Below, piece after piece: positions 8,561 to 16,923 of a DNA stretch of 64,000 bases. Location of the stretch: assembly GCA_965223505.1 (NCBI GenBank), contig CBDCWP010000011.1:1-64000 (forward strand). Direction: 5' to 3'. Source of the DNA: Planctomycetota bacterium (GTDB taxonomy: Bacteria > Planctomycetota > PLA2 > JAEUHO01). Numbering within the stretch: position 1 is the first letter of the stretch; the number at the start of each line of letters is the position of its first letter. The notes under the pieces are model-generated. The model had not been told where the DNA came from. It saw nothing but the letters and a program-made list of their open reading frames with translations, and made no database searches. The position numbers and the translations under genes were made by a program.

Positions 8561-9820
8561 TTTGTCGCTGTGCGTCGGCGTCACCGTCGGCGGCTTGATC
8601 GGTTCCAGCGGCCGCGTTGCGCGCGCGAGGAACAAGATCGCCCACGCCGTATCGACGACGTCACTCGCTTCGTAGTCGTCCCCGCCGAGCGCACCGGTGC
8701 GCCAGCGACCGTCCTTCTTCTGCGCGTCCACCAGGTAGCGCGCGCCCGTCAGATACCAGTCGTGGTCGCCGATCAGATCGCGTCCGCCGAACACCGACGC
8801 CCGCTCCAGGCCGTACAGGTAGTAGTAGTGCCAGTTCGGCGCGCTCTCACCCGGATTCTTCGTCACCGTGAACCAATGGTCGAGCCACGCGAAGCCGTCC
8901 TGCACCGACTGCGTGGTCTTGTTCTTCAGCTGGTCCGTGTAGTCCCTGAAGCGGCGCGGCTTCAGCAGCGCGTCGTGGCAGATCGCCAAGATCGCGATGC
9001 CCGCGGTCGTCATGCTGCCCGTCGGGTTTTTGGCCGCCTCCATGTAGCCCCAGCCCCGCGCCCGGTCGCCCGCGTCGAACACGTAGTCCTTCTGCCCTTT
9101 GCCCGACGCGCGGATCGTGCGCATGACCTTCGGTCCGTCTTCCGCCTGGAACGAAAGCGCGTGATTGAGCGCCTTGAACCAGACCTTCGGGTCGATCGGG
9201 ATGCCGCAGTCCTTGGCCGCGCGCAGACCCAGCAAGGCGTACTGGGTATTCGAGTAGTCCCAGCGGTTCTGCGGATAGCCCCAGGCGCCCGCGGCCTGCT
9301 GCTGGCCGGCGAGCCACTTGGCCATGTCCCGCACCCACGCGCGTACGTCCTTCGGCAACGCGCACGGGTTCTTCACGGCTTCCGCGGTCGTGGTGTGGCC
9401 CTTGCGGGGCTTCTTCTTCTTGTCCTTGGGCCGGTAGTACTCGGTCACGAACATGAGCAACACGCCCGTGTCGTACGTCGTGCGCGTGCCGCTGCCGCCG
9501 CGCAGCTCGTCCTTCTTCTTGCAATACGCGAGGATGTTGTCGACGGAGTCTTCGCCGGGCTTCACGCCGGCATGCAGGAGCGCCAGCCCGGAGAGCGCCG
9601 ACACGCCGATCTCGTAGTGCGTCTCGCCCGAGTGGGCCACGCCGCCGATCGAGCCGCTCAGCTTCTGCTGCGTCACGAGCCACTTCGCGCCGTTCTTGAT
9701 GGCCTTGTCGATCTCCTTCTGGAACTTCCGATCCGGGACCCCCGGCTCTCCCGCGTCGGCGGACGTCGGGATCAGGAACACCACGGACAGCAGCGACAGG
9801 CACAGGAGGCGCGCATTCAT
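8558..9820 (-). CDS. secreted prenyltransferase/squalene-oxidase-repeat (alpha/alpha barrel) protein
   Basis: Start ATG 9820 with signal peptide; QW-like repeats WLVTQQ, WLAGQQQAAGAWGY, DYSNTQYALLGL, YYYLYGLER, YLVDAQKKDGRW, DTAWAILFL. Confidence 0.8.
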   Translation of the reverse strand: MNARLLCLSLLSVVFLIPTSADAGEPGVPDRKFQKEIDKAIKNGAKWLVTQQKLSGSIGGVAHSGETHYEIGVSALSGLALLHAGVKPGEDSVDNILAYCKKKDELRGGSGTRTTYDTGVLLMFVTEYYRPKDKKKKPRKGHTTTAEAVKNPCALPKDVRAWVRDMAKWLAGQQQAAGAWGYPQNRWDYSNTQYALLGLRAAKDCGIPIDPKVWFKALNHALSFQAEDGPKVMRTIRASGKGQKDYVFDAGDRARGWGYMEAAKNPTGSMTTAGIAILAICHDALLKPRRFRDYTDQLKNKTTQSVQDGFAWLDHWFTVTKNPGESAPNWHYYYLYGLERASVFGGRDLIGDHDWYLTGARYLVDAQKKDGRWRTGALGGDDYEASDVVDTAWAILFLARATRPLEPIKPPTVTPTHSDK

Positions 9821-9904
9821 GGAGGCCAGCGTACCGGCAATCGCGCCGCCGACGCGATCCCGGCGGGTGCTGGCCGGACGTTCGAGCCCTGATACCTTCT
9901 TCCC

Positions 9905-11329
9905 GTGAAGCTTCGCGACGTCCTCTTCTGGCTGCTGTGCGCACTGAGCGTCACGACGGGCCCGCTCGTGCCCGCGGCTGCCGACGACTGGAGCGACGCG
10001 CGCAAGGCGTTTCGCTCGGCGACGAAGGCCGAGGACTGGAAGGAGCGCAGCGAGGCCTACGACGCGATGGCGTACTACGACACGCCCGACGCCGTCGAAG
10101 AGATCCTGCGCGCCATGGTCAAGGAGGAGAATCCCGCCGTCGTCATCAACGGCATCAAGACGCTGGCGGGCTTCACCAGCGACGAGGCGCGCAAGAAGCT
10201 GCTCGATGAGCTCACCGGTGGCAAGGGCACCCGGCGCAACTACGTGCTCTTCGCCTTGGTGGACCAGGAGGGCACGGACAACGCCACGACGCTGATCGAC
10301 ATCGTCGAAGGCAAGGACATCATGCTGGCCTGCCAGGCCGCGCTCGCGCTCGGGAAGAAGCAGGTCTTCGGCGCCATGCCGCTCTTCATCGACATGTTGA
10401 AGCACAAGGAGTGGCAGGTGCGCGCGGCGGCCGCGCGCTCGCTCGAGCTGCTCGCGGGCCCGGTCCCGAAGAAGCCCGCCAACCCCAAGGACAAGATGCC
10501 GCCGTGGGTGCCGGAGAAGTACGACTACAAGCAGGCCCTCTGGCCGCTCGTCGACGCGCTCGAGGCATCGGACGGCTCCGACCGCCGTCAGATGATCTCG
10601 GCGCTGGAGCGTCTCACGAAGCAGAACTTCGGCTACGACCTGGCGGCCTGGGCCGCCTACGTCGACGGCAAGGATCCCGCGACGATCAAGCGCGATCCCG
10701 TTCATCCGCCGTACTTCTTCGGCGTGCCCGTCTTCGGCAAGCGCGTCGTCATCCTGATGTCGACCAATGTGCGCATGGACAACGCGCATCCGTACGAGCG
10801 CGAGCGCTTGCAGGCGCTCTGCGCCGTTCCCGGCGGACGGCCCGTTCCCTGGTACAAGCTGCGCACCGTGCAACAGCTGATGAGCGCGTTCGTCACCCGC
10901 ACGATCAACGACCTGCCGAAAGGCACCAAGTTCGACTTCGTCACCGTCGGGACGCACGTCAAGCCCACGTTCGGCAGGCTGAAGTCCGCGAACAGCGGCA
11001 CGAAGAAGACGGCCATCACCGTGATCGAGAAGCTCGCGATCGAGGCAGGCAACGACACCTACGAGGGCTACATGCAGGTGCTCGACATCTCGGGGAACAA
11101 AGACGGGGTGGCGTGGGACAAGGGGCCCGACGAGATCTTCTACGTGACGACCGCGATTCCCTGGTTGGCCGAGTTCACGGATCCGGACGTCATCGCCGCC
11201 GCGGTGGGGATGAAGGCGCGGCTGCGGATGGTGCCGATCCACAACGTCGGGGTCGGTGAGCACCCGGGGCCGATGATGAAGGCCATCTCCGGCCACAGCG
11301 GCGGCGTCTACGTCGACTGGGAGCGATAG
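9905..11329 (+). CDS. secreted HEAT-repeat protein with C-terminal vWA-like domain
   Basis: Signal peptide; HEAT units (KHKEWQVRAAAARSL); YFFGVPVFGKRVVIL, GPDEIFYVT, IHNVGVG, MKAISGHSGGVY. Confidence 0.7.
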   Translation: MKLRDVLFWLLCALSVTTGPLVPAAADDWSDARKAFRSATKAEDWKERSEAYDAMAYYDTPDAVEEILRAMVKEENPAVVINGIKTLAGFTSDEARKKLLDELTGGKGTRRNYVLFALVDQEGTDNATTLIDIVEGKDIMLACQAALALGKKQVFGAMPLFIDMLKHKEWQVRAAAARSLELLAGPVPKKPANPKDKMPPWVPEKYDYKQALWPLVDALEASDGSDRRQMISALERLTKQNFGYDLAAWAAYVDGKDPATIKRDPVHPPYFFGVPVFGKRVVILMSTNVRMDNAHPYERERLQALCAVPGGRPVPWYKLRTVQQLMSAFVTRTINDLPKGTKFDFVTVGTHVKPTFGRLKSANSGTKKTAITVIEKLAIEAGNDTYEGYMQVLDISGNKDGVAWDKGPDEIFYVTTAIPWLAEFTDPDVIAAAVGMKARLRMVPIHNVGVGEHPGPMMKAISGHSGGVYVDWER

Positions 11330-11455
11330 CGTCCCGAGCGCGCTCGCGGGCCCGAGCAAATGGGGCCCTCCGGGGCTTCCGGGCACAGGACTTCCGTCAG
11401 GTCGCCGCGGTCGGGCGGTGGTATCTTTTTCCCCGTCCACCCTTTGGAGTTCGAG

Positions 11456-12511
11456 ATGTCGCGCACGTTCTGCATCGCGCTCACCGCGCTGTTCGTTTGC
11501 TCGCTCTTCGTCGGGGCCGCTCCCGATGCGTACGCCAAGAAGAAGGGCGAGAAGCTGCCGCCGATGGCATCCGACGAGGAGGCCGAGGCCGCACTCGACA
11601 CCTTCAAGAGCGAGTTCAAGGCGAAGGGACTCAAGGGCGACGACAAGCTCAGCCAGCGTGACTGGGCGATGTCCAGGCTGGCAAAGGTGCAGCACCGGTC
11701 CGTCGTCGACGCGCTCGCGAAGGTGACCAAGAGCTCCGACGAGACGCTGCGCATGCTCGGGGTGATCTACCTCGGTGAGATGCGCGCGATGCCGGCGTAC
11801 GCAGGCGAGAAGGTGCTCGCCGCGATGAACAAGAACAAGAAGGACGAGGTCTTCGTCATCAGCGCGCTGCAGAGCCTGGGCTCGCTGAAGTACCTCGGCG
11901 GCGGCAAGGAGCTCTCCAAGTTCCTCAAGCACCGCTCGTTCATCATCAAGAAGTCCGCCATCATCGCCGTCGGGGAGACCGGTGACATCCGTCTGCTCGA
12001 GGATCTGCTCAAGATCATCGGCATGGAGACGAAGAACGACCTCAAGGGCGAGAAGAAGGACGGCGGCACGAGCGCCGACGGCCAGCAGAGCGGCGGCGGC
12101 GAAGAGGTCGTCGAAGAGGGATACTCGTGGGAAGGCGTCGACGTGACCTACGACACCGGCACCGCCGGTGACCACGACCAGCGCATGGCCGAGGCCATCG
12201 GTGAAGCCCAGCTCGCCGCGAACCGCGCGGCGGCGGAGGCCGGCGCGAACCGGAGCGGCGGCGGCGCCACCGGCGGCGGCGGTCCCTCGGTGGCGGGCGG
12301 TCCCAGCGGAGGCCGCGGCGGTTCCTCGCGCAGCACGGAAGAGCTGATTCCCGTCGTGGCGCGCGCATTGAAGAAGATGACCGGTGAGGAGTTCGACGGT
12401 CCCGGCACGATCCGTAAGTGGATCCGCGCCAACCGCAAGGCGATCCTCAACAACCAGCAGGTCATGGACAAGCGCGAGAAGGAACAGCGCGAAGCCGCCA
12501 AGAAGAAGTAG
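11456..12511 (+). CDS. secreted HEAT-repeat protein with Gly-rich insertion
   Basis: SD GGAG and ATG 11456; signal peptide; helical repeats; ALKKMTGEEF...W C-terminal motif. Confidence 0.65.
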   Translation: MSRTFCIALTALFVCSLFVGAAPDAYAKKKGEKLPPMASDEEAEAALDTFKSEFKAKGLKGDDKLSQRDWAMSRLAKVQHRSVVDALAKVTKSSDETLRMLGVIYLGEMRAMPAYAGEKVLAAMNKNKKDEVFVISALQSLGSLKYLGGGKELSKFLKHRSFIIKKSAIIAVGETGDIRLLEDLLKIIGMETKNDLKGEKKDGGTSADGQQSGGGEEVVEEGYSWEGVDVTYDTGTAGDHDQRMAEAIGEAQLAANRAAAEAGANRSGGGATGGGGPSVAGGPSGGRGGSSRSTEELIPVVARALKKMTGEEFDGPGTIRKWIRANRKAILNNQQVMDKREKEQREAAKKK

Positions 12512-12538
12512 CGTCCTTCGTCTCGGACCATCGATGCG

Positions 12539-13906
12539 TTACGAGCGGTCGTTCTGCGTACGCGTGGACAGCGGTGCATCGCCGATGCCCGGCCAGATGC
12601 GCATCGCACCCAGGACCGCCCGGATCGTGATCCAAAGACCCGTCAGTCCCCAGAGCCACGTGAGCGGCTCGCCGGGCAGCGACGCGTGTTCGCGCTCGAT
12701 CCACCAGACCCCGGCGACGCCCGCGCCCGTGGCGAGCAGCATCGCGTTGCGCAGGAAGCCGTAGTCGGCCGTGCCCCAGTGGATCCCGTCCGTGATGAAG
12801 CACAGCGCGTTCAGCGGCTGGAACAACGCGCTCATCAACCACGCCGCGCCGAAGACGGCGACGGCCTCCGGCGGCACGAGCCACGCTTCGATCCACGGTC
12901 GGCCGGCGAGCATGAACGCAGTCAGCGCGACGCCGATGCCGACGCACCACGAAGTCGCGACACGAGCGACACGGCGCGCATCGCCGATGCGCCGCATGCC
13001 GACGAAGTAGCCGATCAGGGTCTGGCCGGTCACGGCGAACGCATCGAGCAGCAGGGCCGTGAACGTCCAGACCTGCCGGACGACCTGGTGCGCCGCGCCG
13101 CGTTCGGGGCCCATGCCGGTCGCCGCGCGCGCAGCGAGGAGCAAGAACAGCGACAGGCACGCGGTTCGAATCACCATGTCGCGACCGACGACGAGCAGCC
13201 GGACGACGACGCGCTTTCGAAGCGCGAACGTCAGCCCCGGCGCCTTCATCGCGGCGCCGACAGCGAGGACGGCGCCGAGCCAGTGGGCGATCGTGCTTGC
13301 CCACGCGGCGCCCGCCACGCCCAGGGCGGGAATCGGCCCGGCGCCCCAGATCAACAAGGGATCCAGCGCTATGTTGAGGCCGTTGATGAGCACGGCGATC
13401 CAGACCGGCGTGCGCATGTTCTCCGCGCCGCGCAGCGCCCCGAAGCCGACGCCCATCAACAGCACGGCGGGCGCGGCGACGAGCCGAATCCGCAGATACG
13501 CCGTGCAGTCCGCGTGCATGTCGCCGTGCGCCTTCATGAACGTGGCGGCCTCGTGCGCGAACGGCCACGTGACCGCGGTGATGCACAGCCCCATTGCGCC
13601 GGAGATGACGACGGCCGTGCCGACCGCGCGCCGGGAACGGTCCGTGTCCCCCGCGCCGCCCGCTTGAGCGACCTCGGTCTGCGTGCCCACGGCGAGGAAG
13701 TTGAACACCCAGAACAGCGTCGATAGGAACGTGGCGGCTGCGCCGAGCGCCGCCAGCGGTGTCGCGCCGAGCCGGGCGACGAACCCGGTGTCGACGAGCG
13801 CGGTCAACGGTTCCGCGATCATGGACAGCAGCACCGGGATCGACAGGGCGAGAACCGTGTGGTGCGGTCGTCTCCGGAACGGATGGGCGGGGCGGTCGGG
13901 CGCCAT
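12539..13906 (-). CDS. MATE family efflux transporter (DinF-like)
   Basis: Start re-assigned to ATG 13906; LALSIP, EPLTALVDTGFVARLG, NIALDPLLI, GVAGAAWA, AAHQV, LDAFAV; about 12 TM segments. Confidence 0.92.
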   Translation of the reverse strand: MAPDRPAHPFRRRPHHTVLALSIPVLLSMIAEPLTALVDTGFVARLGATPLAALGAAATFLSTLFWVFNFLAVGTQTEVAQAGGAGDTDRSRRAVGTAVVISGAMGLCITAVTWPFAHEAATFMKAHGDMHADCTAYLRIRLVAAPAVLLMGVGFGALRGAENMRTPVWIAVLINGLNIALDPLLIWGAGPIPALGVAGAAWASTIAHWLGAVLAVGAAMKAPGLTFALRKRVVVRLLVVGRDMVIRTACLSLFLLLAARAATGMGPERGAAHQVVRQVWTFTALLLDAFAVTGQTLIGYFVGMRRIGDARRVARVATSWCVGIGVALTAFMLAGRPWIEAWLVPPEAVAVFGAAWLMSALFQPLNALCFITDGIHWGTADYGFLRNAMLLATGAGVAGVWWIEREHASLPGEPLTWLWGLTGLWITIRAVLGAMRIWPGIGDAPLSTRTQNDRS

Positions 13907-13916
13907 GGCGCCGACT

Positions 13917-14152
13917 GTAGGCGCAGCCCTTGTGGCTGCCCAACCGTGGATGTGGCCGGCCCTGATCGACGAACGGTTGGGCGACCACGAACCTTGTCGA
14001 CGAACGGTTGGGCGACCACGAACCGTGCATGTGGCCGGACCTTGTCGACGAACGGTTGGGCGACCACGAACCTTGTCGACGAACGGTTGGGCGACCACGA
14101 GGGTCGCCCCTACGACCGCGGATATGTCGGGACCTGATCGACGAACGGTTGG
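13917..14152. repeat. GTAG-type REP doublet (REPIN-like) with internal 31-bp tandem repeats
   Basis: GTAGGCGCAGCCCTTGTGGCTGCCC (13917-13941) and inverted GGGCGACCACGAGGGTCGCCCCTAC (14089-14113); unit CCTTGTCGACGAACGGTTGGGCGACCACGAA at 13961, 13992, 14040, 14071 and a partial copy at 14133. Confidence 0.85.
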
Positions 14153-15163
14153 CTACGCGTCCGTCGCTTCGGTCGCCTCCGTCGGTGATTCCGTCTCGGT
14201 CGCAGCGGACGCCGCCGGCGGCGGCGGATCCTGCGGCTCCCGGGTCGACGGCGGCACGTCACCGCCCGGACCCCGAAATCCGCGACGGGTCGGTGTCGGC
14301 TCGTCGTCGGTGCCCACCCAGGCCTCGTCATTGCCCTTCAGCAGCGCGTCCTTCAACGGCGCGACGCAAGGAACACTGCGCGCGCTCGGCAGGTGCGCCC
14401 CGAAGAACGCATGTGCCTCGGCCTCCTTGGCCGAAAGGAAGTACACGGCGCGGCCGTTCTCCAGATCGACGACCTGCGCGCCGCCGGGACGCACCGCGGC
14501 GAGTGGAACGAGCGCCATGACGTGGTCCGTGGATCGGTAGAGCTCGATCCTCGTACACGCCTCGTTTGCGAGGACATACATCTCGACGACTGCCGTGGAC
14601 GTGCGCTCGTTGACGACCGGAAAGACGCGCAGGTCGAACTGCGCCGCGCCGCGCCGCATGTAGAGCACCGGATCTATGATCTTGCGCATCGTGCGCATGT
14701 AGTCGGGACCGGCCTTCGCGGCGCCGACCTCCTTGGCCCGCAGGTGCTTGATCCCCGTGAACTCGACGGAGCTCACGGCGCAGATCGTGCCCTGCGTGAC
14801 CCGTACGTAGCCCTCGGTCCGCTCGACGTCCTGTTTGGCCTGGAAGCAGAACTGCGTTCGAACCAGGCGGACCGCGCCCCAGCGCTCGATCTCCTCCGGT
14901 GTCGCGCTGCAGGTCGAGAGCAAGCTGCCGTTGCGAACCTCCTCCGTCATGCACGTCGCGCAGTCCGCGCAGCCGCATTCACAGAACGTCGGTCCGCTCG
15001 GCGGCGGCGGCGGCGGCGGCGTCGGATCGGACGGGTCGCGGATGCCGGGCGGGACCGAGCCGCTCCCCGGACCGCGAAAGCTCCCGCCGCCGTGCGCCCA
15101 CGCTTCGGGTGCCGCGAACGATACGAGTGTCACGACGAGCAACGAGCAGAGCAACCAACGCAT
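14153..15163 (-). CDS. secreted protein with probable VIT-like domain, Cys cluster and Pro-rich terminal repeats
   Basis: SD GGAGGTGA; signal peptide ending AWA; CECGCADCATC; Y...RKIIDPVL...FDLRVFPV resembles bacterial VIT domains. Confidence 0.55.
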   Translation of the reverse strand: MRWLLCSLLVVTLVSFAAPEAWAHGGGSFRGPGSGSVPPGIRDPSDPTPPPPPPPSGPTFCECGCADCATCMTEEVRNGSLLSTCSATPEEIERWGAVRLVRTQFCFQAKQDVERTEGYVRVTQGTICAVSSVEFTGIKHLRAKEVGAAKAGPDYMRTMRKIIDPVLYMRRGAAQFDLRVFPVVNERTSTAVVEMYVLANEACTRIELYRSTDHVMALVPLAAVRPGGAQVVDLENGRAVYFLSAKEAEAHAFFGAHLPSARSVPCVAPLKDALLKGNDEAWVGTDDEPTPTRRGFRGPGGDVPPSTREPQDPPPPAASAATETESPTEATEATDA

Positions 15164-15357
15164 GAATCACCTCCGACAGCCGCATTGCGAAGAGCGTTCC
15201 GGTTGCCGCGGACGCTGTTTCGGCAACCGGTCCGTTACGCCGCGGAAGCAAGGGTCGTCGGCTGGTAGCAGACGACGCACACATACCGCTGGTTTCGAGG
15301 TGTCGCCCAAGGGATGCACGTGTGCCGTTTGGAGTGTCCGAGGTATAAGACCCCAGC

Positions 15358-16305
15358 ATGAAGGTCACCGAGCACCTCGCGAACGCGGACAAGCCGCTGA
15401 TCAGCTTCGAGATCATTCCGCCGTTGCGCGGGGGGAATCTGCAGAGCCTGCTGGGGCTGATCGAAGAGCTCGTCGCCCACCGGCCGCCGTTCATCGACAT
15501 CACGAGCCACGCGGCCCAGGTCGTGTACGACGAGACGCCGAAGGGCATCGAGCGGAAGGTCAAGCGCAAGCGACCTGGGACGCTGGGCGTCTGCGCCCTC
15601 ATTCAGAACAAGTACAACATCGACGCCGTGCCGCACGTCCTCTGCGAGGGCTTCACCCGCGAGGAGACCGAGGACTTCCTCATCGAGCTCCACTACCTCG
15701 GCATCGACAATGTCCTGGCGATCCGCGGCGACGACAGCGGCTACCGCAAGCCGCTTCATCACGGCCGTTCCCGCAACAACTTCGCGACGGATCTCATCGC
15801 GCAGATTGACGACATGAATCAGGGCAACTGGCTCGAAGATCTGCTCGACGCCGACCCGACGGAATTCTGCATCGGCGCGGCCGGATACCCCGAGAAGCAC
15901 TTCGAAGCGCCGAACCTCGACGCCGACATCGCGCGCGTGAAGCAGAAGGTCGAGGCGGGCGCCGACTACATCGTGACGCAAATGTTCTTCGACAACCGGC
16001 ACTACTTCGCGTTCGTCGACAAGTGCCGCGCCGCGGGGATCGACGTGCCGATCATCCCCGGCATCAAGATCATCACGATGAAGAAGCACATTCAGACGAT
16101 TCCGCGCACGTTCTACTGCGACATTCCCGAAGCGCTCGCAACCGAGATCGAAAGCGCGGCGAAGGGCCACGTGTCCGATGTGGGCGTCGAGTGGGCGCTG
16201 GCGCAGGCGCGCGAGCTGCTCGACGCGGGCGTGCCTTCGGTTCACTTCTACGTCATGCAGAGCGCCACGGCGATCAACAAGGTGATGGCGAAGTTGGACG
16301 TCTAG
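15358..16305 (+). CDS. metF: 5,10-methylenetetrahydrofolate reductase
   Basis: ISFEIIPP, VPHVLC, NVLAIRGD, AGYPEKH, KVEAGADYIVTQMFFD, VHFY. Confidence 0.95.
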   Translation: MKVTEHLANADKPLISFEIIPPLRGGNLQSLLGLIEELVAHRPPFIDITSHAAQVVYDETPKGIERKVKRKRPGTLGVCALIQNKYNIDAVPHVLCEGFTREETEDFLIELHYLGIDNVLAIRGDDSGYRKPLHHGRSRNNFATDLIAQIDDMNQGNWLEDLLDADPTEFCIGAAGYPEKHFEAPNLDADIARVKQKVEAGADYIVTQMFFDNRHYFAFVDKCRAAGIDVPIIPGIKIITMKKHIQTIPRTFYCDIPEALATEIESAAKGHVSDVGVEWALAQARELLDAGVPSVHFYVMQSATAINKVMAKLDV

Positions 16306-16320
16306 CGGACGTCGGCCTCG

Positions 16321-16339
16321 GCGCTCGGATTTCGAGCGC
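16321..16339 (+). terminator. hairpin downstream of metF
   Basis: GCGCTCGG-ATT-TCGAGCGC; no U-tract. Confidence 0.35.
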
Positions 16340-16379
16340 GCCTCCCCGCTATACTTCGCGCCCCCTCGAGGAGATTCCT

Positions 16380-16895
16380 CTGCCCAGCCGCTCGACCCCG
16401 CCTCGCAAGAAGAGGATCAAGCCGCCGCTCGTCACCGTCGGCTGGCGGGAATGGATTTGCATGCCCGGGCTGGGTGTCGCCGCTGTCAAAGCCAAGATCG
16501 ACACCGGTGCGCGTACGTCGTCGCTGCACGCGTTCGACCTCACGTACTTCCGGCGCAAGGGTGTGCGCTGGACGCGATTCGCCGTTCATCCCTTGCAGCG
16601 CACCTCGAAGCCCGAAGTCCAGTGCGAGGCGCCGGTCGTGGAGATGCGGCGGGTTCGATCGAGCTCCGGGCACGTCAGCGAGCGGCCGGTCATCCAGACC
16701 GTCATCGCCATCGGCGAGCAGAACTGGACGATCGAGCTGACGCTCGCATCGCGCGACGAGATGGGGTTCCGCATGCTGCTCGGTCGCCAGGCGCTTCGGA
16801 AGCGCTGCATCATCGATCCGGGGCGCTCGTACGTTGCCGGACCGAAACTGCGGGTCAAGCGGGCGAAGCGGAAACGGGAGAACGACGCGCCGTGA
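16380..16895 (+). CDS. RimK-associated retropepsin-like protease ('ATP-dependent zinc protease' family), probable CTG start
   Basis: VGWREW, KAKIDTGARTSSLHA, VRSSSG, ERPVI, IELTLASR, MGFRMLLGR; GAGGAG 6 nt before in-frame CTG 16380. Confidence 0.85.
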   Translation: MPSRSTPPRKKRIKPPLVTVGWREWICMPGLGVAAVKAKIDTGARTSSLHAFDLTYFRRKGVRWTRFAVHPLQRTSKPEVQCEAPVVEMRRVRSSSGHVSERPVIQTVIAIGEQNWTIELTLASRDEMGFRMLLGRQALRKRCIIDPGRSYVAGPKLRVKRAKRKRENDAP

Positions 16896-16923
16896 TCGGC
16901 GACGCAGGGAGGGAGACGCGACC

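Noticed and set aside
8558..12175. 1205-aa minus-strand ORF
   Set aside because: Only the part from ATG 9820 looks like a protein; the rest is the antisense shadow of two plus-strand HEAT genes, common in high-GC DNA
13961..14152. CRISPR array
   Set aside because: Units are mostly head-to-tail with no unique spacers, there are no cas genes in the window, and GTAG-capped palindromes indicate a REP-type element
15193..15276. SAM/SAH riboswitch upstream of metF (10-bp inverted repeat 15199-15230, possible pseudoknot, second hairpin 15254-15276)
   Set aside because: No riboswitch consensus that I can match, and metF appears to have a -10 box 8 nt before its ATG, leaving no leader; an Rfam cmscan would settle it
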